Source: Prorocentrum cordatum
Lineage: Eukaryota
Direction: 5' to 3'
DNA: 64,000 nt
Assembly (NCBI GenBank): GCA_963575745.1
Contig: CAUYUJ010000002.1
Coordinates: 558,001-622,000, forward strand
In this document: piece by piece, positions 49,750 through 63,735 of the stretch
Layout of the letters: each line of letters begins with the position of its first letter
Position numbering within the stretch: the first letter of the stretch is position 1
Notes under the pieces: generated by a model
Database searches by the model: none
What the model saw: only the letters and a program-made list of their open reading frames with translations
What the model was told of the DNA's origin: nothing
Program-made: the position numbers and the translations under genes

Positions 49750-52700
49750 GCGGCGCTGGTTCTGCGGCAACGCGTGACGGCCGCGCGAAGACGGCGTTTC
49801 TCAGTCATGCGAATCGAAGCATCGCGAGGAGTTTCCGACCTGGGAGGGCGCAGCGGCGGTTGCCGGAAAATCGGTTTGCGAGCTCATTCTGGCCAAGCTG
49901 CCCGTTTTCCTGGGCGCCGAGCCTCGCCCAAGTCGTCGGCGACAGAATGGAATCGGAGCCTGGCCCAGCATGGCCACACCAGGCGAGTGGCCGAAACATC
50001 TTCAGGTTGCACTTTCTCATGCTTGGGAGGCCCATCGCACGCGCCCCCCCGATTGCGCCCGTAATTGTTCAATCTCTCGGTTGGCCGACGCATCGCGTCC
50101 AGGCGGGAGCGGCGCCCAGCGCGCGATGACGTGTTCACACGAGCCATTGACGTCAAAATTCTGCCGATGCCCACCGGCGGCGCCTGCGGCACCAGGCCCG
50201 CCATCCGGGCCCATGGGCGACGCAGCCCGCGCCCAGCCGCGGACTCGTCAAAAAGACGCCCGAATGCGGCGGAGGCAGACTGACTGCTCGGCCCTCTCGG
50301 AGAACTGACTGCAGACTGACTGCAGACTGACTGCAGACTGACTGCGGGGAACGCCCGCGCGCTACGCGAGAAAGCGAACTGCTCGGACGACGCGCTAGCG
50401 CGCCGCGCTCGTCGGAACGGAGTGCGCGCGATGGCAGTTCTCCTCTGCGCCCCGAAACTTTGCGAAATTATTCCGTTCGACGATCTTCGAATCAGAGACC
50501 AGCGCCCCAGTTCGGTTTCGGCATGCGCGCATGATGGGTCTATGTCGTAGCTGCAGGTCTCCTCGCCGCGCGCATTAAGGGTGTCAGCGCAAGCTTGCCG
50601 ACGGCGGAGAGTGAGGCGGCGGTGGCTGCCTGCTCGCGCGCTTCTGGCATGAGCTCGCTCATGTGATTGGCCACTGTCTGGCAGCGCTTCCGCGTCGGGT
50701 CGCAGACGCGGCGGGCGACCTCGTTGGGCCCGTCATCGAGGCCCCCCAAGCAGTGATTCAGTTGCCGGCCGATGCGGCGACATCGCCCAGTCGGGCACGA
50801 CGGCTGCCGCGCGCCCGACCAAATCAGGCAAACTGAAAAATTTCTTGGCCCCGCCCAATGCGAGGCGGCACTGGGCTCGACAGCATGGGCATGTCCATAG
50901 GGGCCTTGGGGGGTGCTCGAGCAACGGGAGTTGGAGGGGGCAGCGCGCTCGTGAGGCTCGCGTGTTAGACTGGGAGAAGATGGCGATCCGTCTTGCCATG
51001 CTCGGCCCAAGTCAGGTGGTCTCTCGTCTTGCCAGAGGCGCTCGGGGGGGCGGCCACCCCTTGGTTTTCGACGTTGCGCCCCAGCGCATGCGCTTCCAGG
51101 CAGCGCGAGATCCCCTGCCCAGTCGCGCGACGAGCTGCGGAGGGGGTGAGGCCCTGTGCAGACGCGCGAGGGAGCTGTTCATTTGCTTCCCTTTTGTTGG
51201 CCCCTCCTTGCTCGTTCATCGTCATGGGCGCCTGCTCCTTGGAGATTTGTTGCGCGCTACTCGCGTCGTCGAGGACAGCGACTCGCGTCGGGCCCATCGG
51301 CGCGCGCGGATTCCACGGGCGCCGCGGGTTGCGCCGGGCGCCCGGGAACAGCCGGCTGGAGCGGGGAGCAGCGGGCCCGCTGGTGGAGCGAGATGATCAA
51401 CGACGGGCTCGGTCTGGCCACGCTCGAGAAGGCCGACTCCACTTAACCGCGCGCGGCGGTCAGAGATGACCGCGACGCCCGCCGAGATTCAAGCTGCAAT
51501 CAAGCGGCCGATCGTCTGGCCAAGGACGGGCCATCCCGCGTTCGAGGCGTTGACGACGACATGCTTCTGGCCTTTGCGTGGCGAATTGCGGACAGGATGA
51601 AGTCCTTGCGCAGACTCGCTAGGGGACTGTTCACCCGCTCCCCTTCTCCTGACCCGTGCCGGCTCGTTCATCGCCATGGGCGTCTGCTCCAGGGCCGTGC
51701 CCCCAGCGCCCGGCCGATCGACGGCCGCGCCCCCCCCCAACGGCAATCGCGCGCGCCGACGGGTCGGGCTTCGAGGTCAACTGGCCAGACCTCCGCGGTC
51801 AACGTAGCCAAGTGCTGCGGCCCGCGAGCGCAGCCACTTGCCGCGGTGAAGTGCCGATCGGCCACGGTCGCGAAGAGCCGCGGCGATATGGCGCCGGCCT
51901 CCCATGACGCTGCGCCGCGACATGGGCTTAGCCAGTGCGCGCTTGATGGAGGTTTGTTCCGCGATTCTCATGTCGTTGCGGAGCGCAGTTCGCGGCGGCC
52001 CCCAGCTGCGCGCGCGGATTCCACGGGCGCCGCAGGTGGCTCCGGGCGCGTGGGAACAGCCGGCTGGAGCGGGGAGCAGCGGGCCCGCTGGTGGAGCGAG
52101 ATGATCAACGACGGGCTCGGTCTGGCCACGCTCGAGAAGGTCGACTCCAATTAACCGCGCGCGGCGGTCAGAGATGACCGCGCCGCCCGCCGAGAGTCGA
52201 GCGGCGATCAGACGGCCGATCGCCTGACCAAGGACGGGCCATCCCGCGTTCGAGACGTCGACGTTGACGCACTTCTGGTCCACGGGCTGCAGGGGATAGC
52301 CGAGCTGGGCATGCAGGTGCGGGGGGGCCTTCAGTACACGGCGATGGGTCACATGGGAATTCTCGCCCATGTCGGGCACCAGCGGGCAAGTGTGATTGCG
52401 ATCGGGATTCTGCATGGTTGACCTATGCCTTCGCGCTGTACCAGTTCTGATTGCGACGACGAGGATATTGAACAAGTGGCACTCGTGGGGGTCGCCGAGA
52501 AAGGAGATATACGCATTGCGGAGTCCAGGGCATCTCGTGGACGTAGGCTCAGCACGCAGAGGTGACGCACGATGAGTGTGCCCAGGTCGTCACCATGAAG
52601 TGCGTGCACCACGCAGACACAATTTACATCTATAGGCAGGGCCAAAGCATTATGATGACTACTTCTTTGCGGCTGCAAGGGCAGCGCCGAGACGGGTGGA
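49750..52700 (-). pseudogene. Decayed Ty1/copia-like pol remnant with an internal duplication
   Basis: Minus-strand LHAQLGYP (~52316-52293) resembles the integrase HHCC 'H..LGH' motif. Integrase-core-like text follows, then ARVNTSS (~50145), like the copia RNase H 'RV..ST'. 51301-51555 duplicates 52009-52263. Confidence 0.4.
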
Positions 52701-53569
52701 AATCACACCAACGGGCTTTTGTAGAGGTTGCATCCTCTGCCTGGCCCCGCGTCGTCCACAAGGTCCGTTTGGTCGGGGTCCGTGGCGTTCGGGCAACGGC
52801 GCGCTGGGCACCGATCTTATCAGGGAATGGAGGTTCGGGGGCGGACAGAACCCCCAACAGTGACACGTCGATTAGTGAATTGTCCGTTTTCGGCTCTCGA
52901 AAGAGCGCCGCGTCCATTATTTTCCAGGCTTGCGCCCGCCAGGTTTGGGCCTCAGGTCGTTTTCACTAAACCACGTTTTGCTAGAGGGGGTCTGCCCATC
53001 CCCGAGAGGTGGCAATGACGGGGTCATGCGGTTTTGCCGGGCGGAGTGCGGCCTCCTGGACACGCGAAGCCCTCTACGAGTTGATCTCAGCCGAGTTTGG
53101 GGTTTTTCTCTGGTCCGCCTTGTGGCAGTTGAGGCCCTTGCTTTCGGGAGGTCTGTGCGAGAGGCGGCTGCTCCTCCCCGTGCGTCGGACTTCGAAAGTC
53201 CCCCTGACAGATTCCAGATTTCAGGCCCTGTCAGGCCTGGCTGGTGTCCTGTGGGACGTGCTGCCCGTCGCCCCTCTCGTAGCCTGGGGCGTTGCTTTGC
53301 ACTACCTGTGTCCCGTCTTGTCGCATCACGAATACGTCATAGCCAGCGAAGCACGAGTAGGGGGCAGGAGTAAGAAGAGTCAGGAACAGGAAGGGGGGCG
53401 GAAGTGGCAGGAAGTCGCTGGAGGTGGAAAAGGAGGCAGGAGGATGCAGAAGGGGGAGGCAGGAGGAAAAACCACGGGGAACGGGAGGATGAGGAGGCGG
53501 AGGAGGACGAGGCAGGAGGACCAAATGGCAGCAAAAGAGGTGGCATGAAGACGAGTTTTGAGGAGACGG

Positions 53570-54750
<1,181 letters not shown>

Positions 54751-57700
54751 CCACTGCCACAACAACCACAAACACAAGGGCGACGATGGCACTACATGCG
54801 AACCGAGCTGTTTCCTCCTTTCTCCGAAGGCGGAAAAGCCAGGTTCTCGTCTGACGCAAGCAGCTCAATTTTCTGTGTTCATCGCACTGAGCCCGCTTGA
54901 CATCTTCTGGCGACTCGGGTGTTGCACGCAGTGATGTTTTACACAGTCGGAAACCGAGGTGTCGTCCATGGCAGCGTCGGCCTGCCCCGTGTGGTTAGCG
55001 GTGTCCGGTCCTTATGAGGATCGCCTACCACACGCCGAAACGCTGGAGACGGGCAGGACCAGAGGCGCCCCCAGAATGGGCATGCTCAGTCCTAGACCAA
55101 AGGGAAGTGCGCAATCAATGGTTTCAACCGTCGTCGCCGGCTTAGCCGGGGGACGGTGTGCAGTTTATACAAAAATTCTTTCGGCCATGGGCCCGAATGC
55201 GCGTCGCGAGGTGCACGCGCACCATGCGCACACACACACACATGCGATGCGAAACCAAAATGAACATGAGACTCCTGGAGCACGTGGGCGCCAACGAATC
55301 AGCAAAGAACTACACAACCGCTCGCCCGGGTTCGGAACTTGGGATGGAAGTGGAAGGGGGAGCGAGGAGGAAATCGTAGCGAGCGCTGCTGTACTGTAGT
55401 TCGATATGTTTGCTTACGCTACTCTGCCGACTCCTGACAAGTTCCAGACCCCTTTCTTCTGGGGGACGTTGTCACAAAAGTGTGCTTGCGCCGTGCCCTC
55501 CCTCTGTAGAAAGCCCTGTTGGGTCGTTTTGGAGCCCTCTCGGGGGCGAGCTCCTGGGGTCTTCTGGGCACCTCTCGGGGGCCTCCCGGGGGCGCTCTGG
55601 AGCTCTCAGTGCCCCTTCCAGTTGCCCCTCATGGGCTCATCCTGGGTGACGCCGTGGAGGTATGTTGGGCCGTGTCGGCGGTCCCGCACGCTGGAACACC
55701 ACGGGGTCGGCGGGTCGGCGGATAATACCTGCTTGAGCCTGAGTGCGCAGTTGGTATGCTTATTTGCGCTTCGTCCGCCATCATCGCCGGTGCTGGCACG
55801 ACCTGGGAGAGCGCCAGTCTGTGATCGGTAATGTTCGCTCCACCCTTCTTCCTCACGTTCCTGCTCCTCCTGCGTTCTTCTTCGTCCTGCTCCTTCATTT
55901 CCCCCTGGTCCTTTTCCTCCTCCTCCTCCTCCTCCTCCTCCTCTTCCTACACATCCTCCCCTTGTCTCTCTACCTCTGTAGGCTCCTCCTCCTCCTCCTC
56001 CTCCTCTTCCTTCCCCTCCTCCTCCTCCTCCTCTTCCTTCCCCTCCTCCCCCATCCGTCTAGCACTGCCATCCCCTCCCCGTCCTTCTCCTCCCCGCCCC
56101 TCCCCTTTCCAAAGAAAGTTAATGCGCCGGCCGTGCCCGTAGGCGCCTCCCCTCGAGGCCCTCGCGCTGGATGCTCTGGCGCCTTTGGAGAGGCCTCGGG
56201 GCAAAATCATGTCATCCAGCGGCGCTGCCGCGCGATGCCGCCACCTCGCCCGGGCGGGCGCCCAGGGGGGGGGCGTCGTGCTGAGCTCAAGGGACGGGGG
56301 TCAACGCAAACGGGGGTCAGCCAGGGCGCCAGATCCTGCAGGATCCTGCGAAGACCCCCTCTGGCTGACCCGGGTCAGCGAGCCGCTCGGGGCCGCGAGG
56401 CGGCCGCGCATGTTGGCTGACCCGGGTCTGCGAAGACCTGCGTTGCAGTTGTTCTTTCCGGCATTGCAGTTTTTCGGTGTCCTGCTGGTCTAAACTGACC
56501 CGGGTCAGAAGATCCCCGAGGGGGGGCAGGGTCAAAGGTTGGGCGCAGATCGCATTCCAGTGGGAACCAAGCGGCTCTTCCAGGCGCGCAGAGGGCCCGC
56601 GAAGGAGATGGGCCGACACGGTCCTGGGAGAGCAGGCGGAGGAGGAGGAGGAGGAGGAGGAGGAGGAGGAGGAGGGGGAGGGGGAGGGGGAGGAGGAGGA
56701 GGAGGGGGAGGGGGAGGAGGAGAAGGCCCGCGGAGGAGAAGGCCCGCGAAGGAGATGCGGCGTTGAGGCGCCACCGCTCCGTGCTCAGAGGACCGCGCCC
56801 TGGTGCGCACGCGAGCGTCCGTCCTTCCGTCCGTCCTGGGGGGGGGGGGTGGCGCGGGCGCCGCTGGGCGTGGAGGATCCATCCATTGAACGTCTCACCC
56901 TTCCCAGGCTCGCCTCCTCCTCCTCCTCCTCCTCCTCCTCCTCCTACCATTGCTCCTTCTCCTTGAACGTCTCCCCCCCAGGCTCGTATTTGGGCACATG
57001 TTTTGCCTGGAGGGCCAACAAAAACGCAGGGGCCTGGTCCTGAAAGTTAGCGCAGCTTGGGCTGGGTGCGTCGGTGGGGCCCCAACCACTGCTTCGCAAG
57101 GAGCGAGAGGCCCAACACACGCCTACCGCTGCAAGCGCGGTGGCGGATTCTTTCTCGCCCTGGCCAGCGCATGATGCAGATGAGACGGGAGCGGCGAGTT
57201 AATTGTCAGCACAGTGTTCTTAGAACGGAACCATCTCGAATCATCCAGCGTTGCCTCTCACCACGTTGTCCAGATGGGCTCTCTGCGTCACGCGTCCGAG
57301 TGTTGATTGGCATCGCCTGCATCCTGATCCATACTCGCAGCGTCTGTTCTTCTCACGCAGCGGTGCAGCGGCATAGGCATAATTTGTCGGAGCTCCGCGC
57401 GGATGTCTTCGATCGGCGCTGGGCCTTCCCTGGCGCAGCCTCCGGCGCCCCCCTGGCGCGCCCTGCGCGCCCTGGAGAAAGGTTCCCGCGCCGTTCCCAG
57501 AGATCCTCGCAGAGCTCCGAAAGTTTATGTGGAATCCGAGAGTTTGTCAACTAGGGGGCCCCAGCGCCGATCCCAGACGTCAACGCGGACCTCTAACAGT
57601 GTATGCTTGTGCAGTTTGGTATCGTCTTTATCGTTCGTGTTTCCATGCCTAGGTTTCGTCACATGCGCGATGCAAAAAACTGGGCTTCGTGCCCTTATGA

Positions 57701-57921
57701 AGGCGGCGCCACGAGAAAATAGTATCAAGTAACGTTTGAGGAAACGCCACATTCAGCATGAGAAGGCACTGCATGTACATCATGACAGGTTTTCCCGATC
57801 TTGTCACTGCGGAAGGGGATAAGGCAGCCCTCCTGAATGCAGTTTGCTAACCAAGGACGGACTGAAGTTCCCCGTCCGAGCCCCACTCTGAGAAGGTCTG
57901 TAATTCCTCCACTTCCTTCTG

Positions 57922-58168
57922 GGCCTCCTAGATGGGGTCGAAGTAGATGGGGTCGGAGGATCGCGCCGCTTCGGCGATGCATCGGCGATGCGTCTCGATG
58001 TGGGGCCCACTTATCTCGACGCCGACGTCGCCGATGCATCGCCGACGTCGGCAGTGCATCGCCGATGCTCGGCAGTGCATCGCCGATGCATCGGCGATGC
58101 ATCGCCGATGTATCGGCGATGCGGCACGATCCTTCGACCCCATCTACTCCGACCCCATCTAGGAGGCC
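57922..58168. mobile_element. Palindromic MITE family G, well-preserved copy with ~65-bp arms
   Basis: GGCCTCCTAGATGGGGTCGAAGTAGATGGGGTCGGAGGATCG ... CGATCCTTCGACCCCATCTACTCCGACCCCATCTAGGAGGCC. Confidence 0.88.
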
Positions 58169-58709
58169 TCTATTCCTGGAGCCGACTGCGCTGGCACGCC
58201 CCCTCAGCAGGGGAGAGGCTCGAAGGCGTCCCTGCCCCAGCCGCCCCACCACCCATGCGCACTCCTGGTGGAGGGAAGGAGCGAGGAGAAGAGGGACAGA
58301 GGGGGAAGAGGGGCGAGGCGGACATGGAGGACGGGGGGGACGAGGAGGAGGGCGGGAGGAGGGCGGGAGGAGGGAAGACGAGAAAGGAGGGAGGAGGGAC
58401 GACGAGGAGGGAGGGAGGAGGGAAGCCGAGGAAGGAGGCGGGAGGAGGGAGGGACGACGGCGATCGGAAGAGACGACGGCGGGGCGACGGGAGGCCGTGG
58501 TCCATTGCCAACGCCACCCTGGGCGCGGACTCGGCCGCGAGCCTCGAGGCCGTCGGCGTCCAAACGAGCGCCCACGGGCCGAAGTGGGGGGAGGGCGGGG
58601 GGAGTCGGACAGGATCGGGCCTCCCTCGCCTCCTCGGTCCTTCCGCGTCCTCGCTCCCTGCGCCATCCCGCGCCTCCTCCTCCTCCTCCGCCTCCTCCTC
58701 CGCCTCCTC

Positions 58710-59200
58710 CACGACCCTGATCTATCTGAATGGTTTAGCAGCATTGATATGAGCGAACTTCGAGCAGCATCCTGGACTGTAAGTGTTCCTCCCCCAGGGT
58801 TTCAGGCTCACGAGGCCCCTGCAGAACCCCAACAAGATCCACGAGATGGTGACGACGAAGAGTACGTATGCTGTATCAGAGGTTGTGGTCGCAAGTTCGC
58901 AACGCAAAGGCAGCTCACTAGCCATCTCCAGCAAGGGCATGGCCTCCAGAGTATCTTGGGTCTCCTTACTACCGGTAACCAATGTTTCGTATGCGGCCAG
59001 GTCTTCGAGGCTCGGAACTCGGCCTACAAGCACGTTAAGATTTCGTTCCGCACGGGCATATGTATTATGGCAGATCCAATACATTTCGGGTAGCAGGAGA
59101 TGGAGGCCACACCACTCACACATGCAGATTATGTAATACGTCTGGGTTCAAGCGGGAATCACTACACCTGCATTATCGTGAACACTTCACACTGCTTCCG
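58710..59200 (+). pseudogene. 5'-truncated zinc-finger tail, probably of a LINE ORF2, with one frameshift near 59063
   Basis: CIRGCGRKFATQRQLTSHLQQGH (C2H2), NQCFVCGQVF...H...C, then in the shifted frame CRLC...LHLHYREH. There are no introns and it starts abruptly after a CCT tract. Confidence 0.65.
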
Positions 59201-59210
59201 ATTGTGTGCG

Positions 59211-60068
59211 ATGCCAGACGGACCAGCGGTGGAGCAGCCAGTGACAGCGGGGTCGGGTTCGTCACAGCAGAACAAGGGCCCCAACGTTCCAGCTTGGGGT
59301 CTGGCGCTCGGCAGGCCTCGCGAAGACGACGGAGAGCCAGCGCCCAAGAGCCCCCGCAAGGCCGCGCAGCTCGACAAGCTCAAGAAGGACACGCAGAGGA
59401 CTATGGAGACCACCAAGCTCGGCCCCTTCAAGTCGCTGATGCGCGTCCTGACCCGACTGTGCATCGCCAGCTCGCGCGACGTAGCCGACCTGATTGGCGC
59501 CTCGTTCAGTTGTTTTCTGCCTCCCGCTGCACACTTCATCGCGATTGCGCTGCAAGGGGCGGGAAAGCTCTACTCTCCCACGTGCAAAGAGAAGGGCAAG
59601 GAGCATGGTCTGGGGCCGCCTTGGCCCCACATGTGGATGGCGCTTGTCAGGGCGCTCTTGGCTCACCCGAACACCCCCGTCAAGAGCAAGGCGGCCATGC
59701 AGGTCTACTGGGACGGGAACATCAACACCCCCGAGTCGAACTTGCAGGTGCTGCAGGATCAGGTGAGATACTGCAGAATGCGGCCGGCGTACTACAACCG
59801 CAAGAAGAAAGAACAGCCGAAGTTCTTCAAACTCCAGTACATGCTGTCGTCCGAACTCCAAACGTCGACGATCGCCTGGGACGGGGAGAATGTCGGCACG
59901 GTTCACAAAGCTCTGTTCCACAGCCTGGTCTCGCACGGGGGCCAGTTCAAGCCTGGAGGCACCCCCAAGGGGGGACTCGAGCGCGAAGCGGAGCGCCTGC
60001 TGGGGAAGCTCGGGATGAAGAGGGGCGAGGACGAGCAGCTCAGCGAGGACGAGCTCAGCGAGGGGTAG
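59211..60068 (+). CDS. Intronless 285-aa ORF of unknown function directly downstream of the zinc-finger tail (likely retroelement-encoded)
   Basis: Long, strongly GC3-biased ORF from ATG 59211 (upstream in-frame ATG at 59100) to TAG 60068. Contains HGLGPPWPH and GGTPKGGLERE. Confidence 0.7.
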   Translation: MPDGPAVEQPVTAGSGSSQQNKGPNVPAWGLALGRPREDDGEPAPKSPRKAAQLDKLKKDTQRTMETTKLGPFKSLMRVLTRLCIASSRDVADLIGASFSCFLPPAAHFIAIALQGAGKLYSPTCKEKGKEHGLGPPWPHMWMALVRALLAHPNTPVKSKAAMQVYWDGNINTPESNLQVLQDQVRYCRMRPAYYNRKKKEQPKFFKLQYMLSSELQTSTIAWDGENVGTVHKALFHSLVSHGGQFKPGGTPKGGLEREAERLLGKLGMKRGEDEQLSEDELSEG

Positions 60069-61699
60069 CTACCTTGACTACGATCAAGGGGCCAGCTCGA
60101 ATGGTCCAGATGGCGAAAGATGGCCTATTACCTATTACAGCATGCTGGCCTATCCAATCTGCAAAATGGGAGCTCAGAGCCTATCCTATGCTATCAGACG
60201 CCCACTGGACAGGAGTTCAGGGTTTTTTATGCAGATGAGTTGCAGCACACTTTTTCTCTGGTGGATCTGGCACGACGGGCCTCGAATGTTCGATCCATGA
60301 GATTGCGAGTGGATCCACAGATTGCCATGGTTTCTTCTGATGAGCAGGCGCATCGCCAACTTGTGAGCACGCGTGCAAATCATGAGCTGTATCACGTGGG
60401 CGATGCTGACAGGATCTCCAATCCCCAGCCGTAAGGCAGGACTGGGTGGCCCTCGGGCGCGGAGGTCATTTTCTGTTCTGAGCTCATCTCCGTTGGTTCA
60501 ATTGTCTTGCACTCGGCACTTTCACACTGTGTAGTGTGTGCGCATGCATGTTGATCTTTGGTTGTGCACTTCATATTTCCATATCATGGTGCAGGCAAGC
60601 GATCTCTCGACTCGCTCGCCATCCGTTCAGCTGCGGTGCGGTGCTCAGCCGAGGCCTCCAGGTGTCTCCCGAAAGGTGGCTCTCGGATTGAGCCAGTGGT
60701 GTCCCCCAGCAGAGCGATCTAGACAGACGCTCATAGAAGCGCACACAGATCCAGAATAGGTCCACTGCAAGTTCCAGGCGCCACTTCTTTTTTTGTTGCT
60801 TGCAAGGAGTAGAAGGTCAGTGGATCGCAAGTGTGTCTTGACTTGTCTTGCCTCCTCGGTCCCTTCTCCCCTCCTCCGTCCTCCTCCCCTCGCTCCCTCC
60901 TCCCTCTTCCTCCCTCCTACCCCTCCGCCTCTCCATCCTCCTTCCTCCGCGTTCCTACCCTTGCCCCTCCCATTGTTTTCCCTTTCTCATATTCCTCCTC
61001 CTCCTCCTCATCCTCCTCCCTTGCCCTCCTCCTCCTCCCTCCTCCTCCCTTATCCTGTCCTTCCTTCTTCCCTCCTTCCCTGCGCTTCGTGGTCAGATAA
61101 CGCATGTTGTTTCGTCCTTTTTTGACACAGATGGCGATGCTGATGGTGATGGTATTCGCATCGGAGCTCAGGGAACAACAGCGGCCCTTAAACGACAGGA
61201 CAGCAAAGAGTTCATCAAAGCAGCGGCCGCACGGCATCCAGCAACCATTCTCGAAAGACGAGGATGGCAAGAGCTGGACTCTGAACTCTGATACCCTCGT
61301 ATTCAGACCTATCATAGCACGCACAGGCCGCACGCGCGTCCGATGTCAGCAGAACGATCCAGGACATCAGGAAGGTGTACTTGAAGAACGCTAAGTGCTC
61401 ATATGATTCCCGTAAACCGTTTACAGTCAGGACTTTAGTAGGCCCCGGGGAACGACAGGGCCGTTTTTGTCAGCGGTTCCGTCTTGCCTTTTTTGTGCCG
61501 GTTCCGTCGCCGTTGTTTTACTTGTTCCGTCGCCGTTGTTTTACCGGTTCCAATTCCAATTCCAAAATTCCCATCCTGGAGCCGTTTGTGGTCGCCGTTG
61601 TTTTGTCGCGTCCGTTTTCAAGAGACGCTTTTTCGGAAACTGTAAGAAAACCAGCCCTGCCGTGTCCGGGGCCCTTTGAGGTCTGGACCGAGCGGTTCG

Positions 61700-62280
61700 A
61701 TAACATGATCTCATTGTGGCCTCGATTCTGCGTCCTCGCGCCGCGGCTTGGACTCTGGCTCGATCACAGCCTGCGGGCCTGGATGCTCAAGTTTCCGAGG
61801 CGGCCCGAAGAGGCCGCCGACCAACACATGACATGGCGCACAGATCGAGAGAGGCCTGCGAACCTTCCAGGTCCAGCAGTGATCGAGAGTCCACTGCCAC
61901 TAGGGGACCGCATGCGAACCCTACCCCTACCCCCCACGAGTTCTGAGGGGGGAGGGTGGGGTTCACTCTGCTTGGGAGCTCCCGAGCCAAGTGAACCCCA
62001 CCCTCCCCCTCAGAAATCGGGGGGGGTAGGGGTAGGGTTCGCATGCGGCCCCCTATGCCAGTCGCTGCTTAGCTGGTTCCGTCGTCTGGAACGGCACCAC
62101 CAGCACAGCAGCCCTGGCTGCTGAGCAGAGCCATTCTTGGGCCACCCAGGGCAGGAGAAGTTGGGTTCGCCCAGCCTCTACGTCGTCAAAGGCCTTCGTG
62201 AGGTCAACTCGGGGTCGTGTAAACAGGTGGGACCAGGCAAAGTTGACAAGGCTCGGCCCTCAGGCCACCCGTGACCCCAA
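61700..62280 (-). pseudogene. Non-LTR reverse transcriptase fragment interrupted by a MITE
   Basis: Minus strand reads VDLTKAFDDV (~62208-62179), the D-x-x-KAFD motif of non-LTR RTs. The surroundings are decayed. Confidence 0.5.
61901..62055. mobile_element. Near-perfect 155-bp foldback MITE with TA ends
   Basis: TAGGGGACCGCATGCGAACCCTACCCCTACCCCC...GGGGGTAGGGGTAGGGTTCGCATGCGGCCCCCTA; the arms pair almost to the centre. Confidence 0.9.
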
Positions 62281-63431
62281 GACCTCGTGGGTTTGTTTGG
62301 AGACACGCTGTTGCTAATTAGCGCCTGTGCCTGGTAAGGGTCGCACGAGCCTTTGGATTAAATGTGATATTTGCCTTGTTCGGGGGCCTCGCCGTGTTCG
62401 GGCGCGTCAGTCAGTCCCTCATCAGTATTCTTCTTCGTCCTCCTCCTCCTTCTCCTCCCCCGCCACCTCCTCCTCCTCCTCCTCCTCCTCCTCCTCCTCC
62501 TCCCTCCTGCTCCGTGAGAACCTCGCTCGAATTTCAAAGTTCCAGCTTTCTGGGCGCAGAGTTCGGCATCGCTCGGACGTGTGCATGTTTTTTGATGGCG
62601 AGGACCATCGAGGAGCATCTTGACTCATCTGGCGAACGACACTCGCATGACATCGAAGCATGCACGGGGAATGGACGTCCGAGCGATGGCGAGAGAGGCC
62701 CATCAGTTGTTGTGGAAGAGGAAGAGGCCCAGGTATCCAGGGCAAGGCGGGAGCACGTGCTTTCTCTGAACCAGCCACCCGTGCTGCTATGGGGCGAGGC
62801 GGCCCAGGCGGAGGAGCCCACGCATGTCTTGGAGGAGGTCCGTTCGGAAGTGCAGCTGCTGGCCGTGGCTGAGTCGCTCGGGGCTGATAGAGATGCGCAG
62901 CCGTTGGTCAGGGCTGCCCGTGTACGCTTCGAGGAGTCAGACGGCTCCGATCAGTTCTTGTGCTCGTCTCCTGGTCCTTGGTCACTTTTTACGCGCGTGA
63001 GCCGCCGCAGGAGGCGCAGTCTACGAGAGCCGCTGCTACACTCAGCCTCAGGAGCAGCAGTCCACGAGAGCCGCTGCAACCCTCGCCCCTCTTTACGGGA
63101 TCCCGTTGAAAAGAGTCTCCTCATCCTTCTCCTCCTCCTCCTCCTCCTCAATGCTTGGCTGAAACGCCGACACCGTATTCGGTCCTCCCTCCTCCGCCTC
63201 CTTCTCCTCGCTTCTCCCCCCGCTATTCCTTGTTGTGTGGCTTGTCTTGTTCGCCGATTGGCAGGCATTTTTATAAGAAGTTCCCCGGTATCTCCTCTTC
63301 ACTTTGTGTTCTTCTCAGTTCGTTTTTACCGAACGTCATCCAATTGTTGCCATCACGATTCACGACAAAACATCAAAACTCGCCGGGTTCAAGGTTCGAG
63401 GTTGTTGGACGATAAGGAATAGTAGTGTCTG

Positions 63432-63735
63432 AAGGGTTTGAGATTCTAGGGTTAGGGTCTGCAGGGTTAGAGTCCGTAGGGTTAGGGTGTGTAGTGTCGG
63501 GGTATGTAGGACCAGCAGGGTCTGTAGGGATACGGTCCGTAGGGTTAGGGCACGTCGGATTAGAGCCTGTAGAGTTAGAGTATGTAGGGCGCTAGGGTCT
63601 ATAGGGTTAGTAGGGTATGTAGTGTCAGGGCGTGTAGGGTTAGGGTCTGTAGGGTTAGGGTCTGTAGGGTTGGGGTCTGTAGCGTTAAAGTATGTAGTGT
63701 TAGGGTCTGTGGGGTTAGTAGGGTCTGTAGGCTTA
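63432..63735. repeat. Degenerate TAGGG-containing minisatellite (~15-bp GGGTTAGGGTCTGTA)
   Basis: Direct reading. Confidence 0.8.

Noticed and set aside
59060..60238. 392-aa overlapping ORF suggesting dual coding
   Set aside because: Its first codon position is the GC-rich third position of the 285-aa ORF, so stops are suppressed passively. Only the first ~50 codons (zinc finger) look real.
63432..63735. Telomere
   Set aside because: It is a degenerate 15-bp unit rather than pure TTTAGGG, and unique sequence follows.
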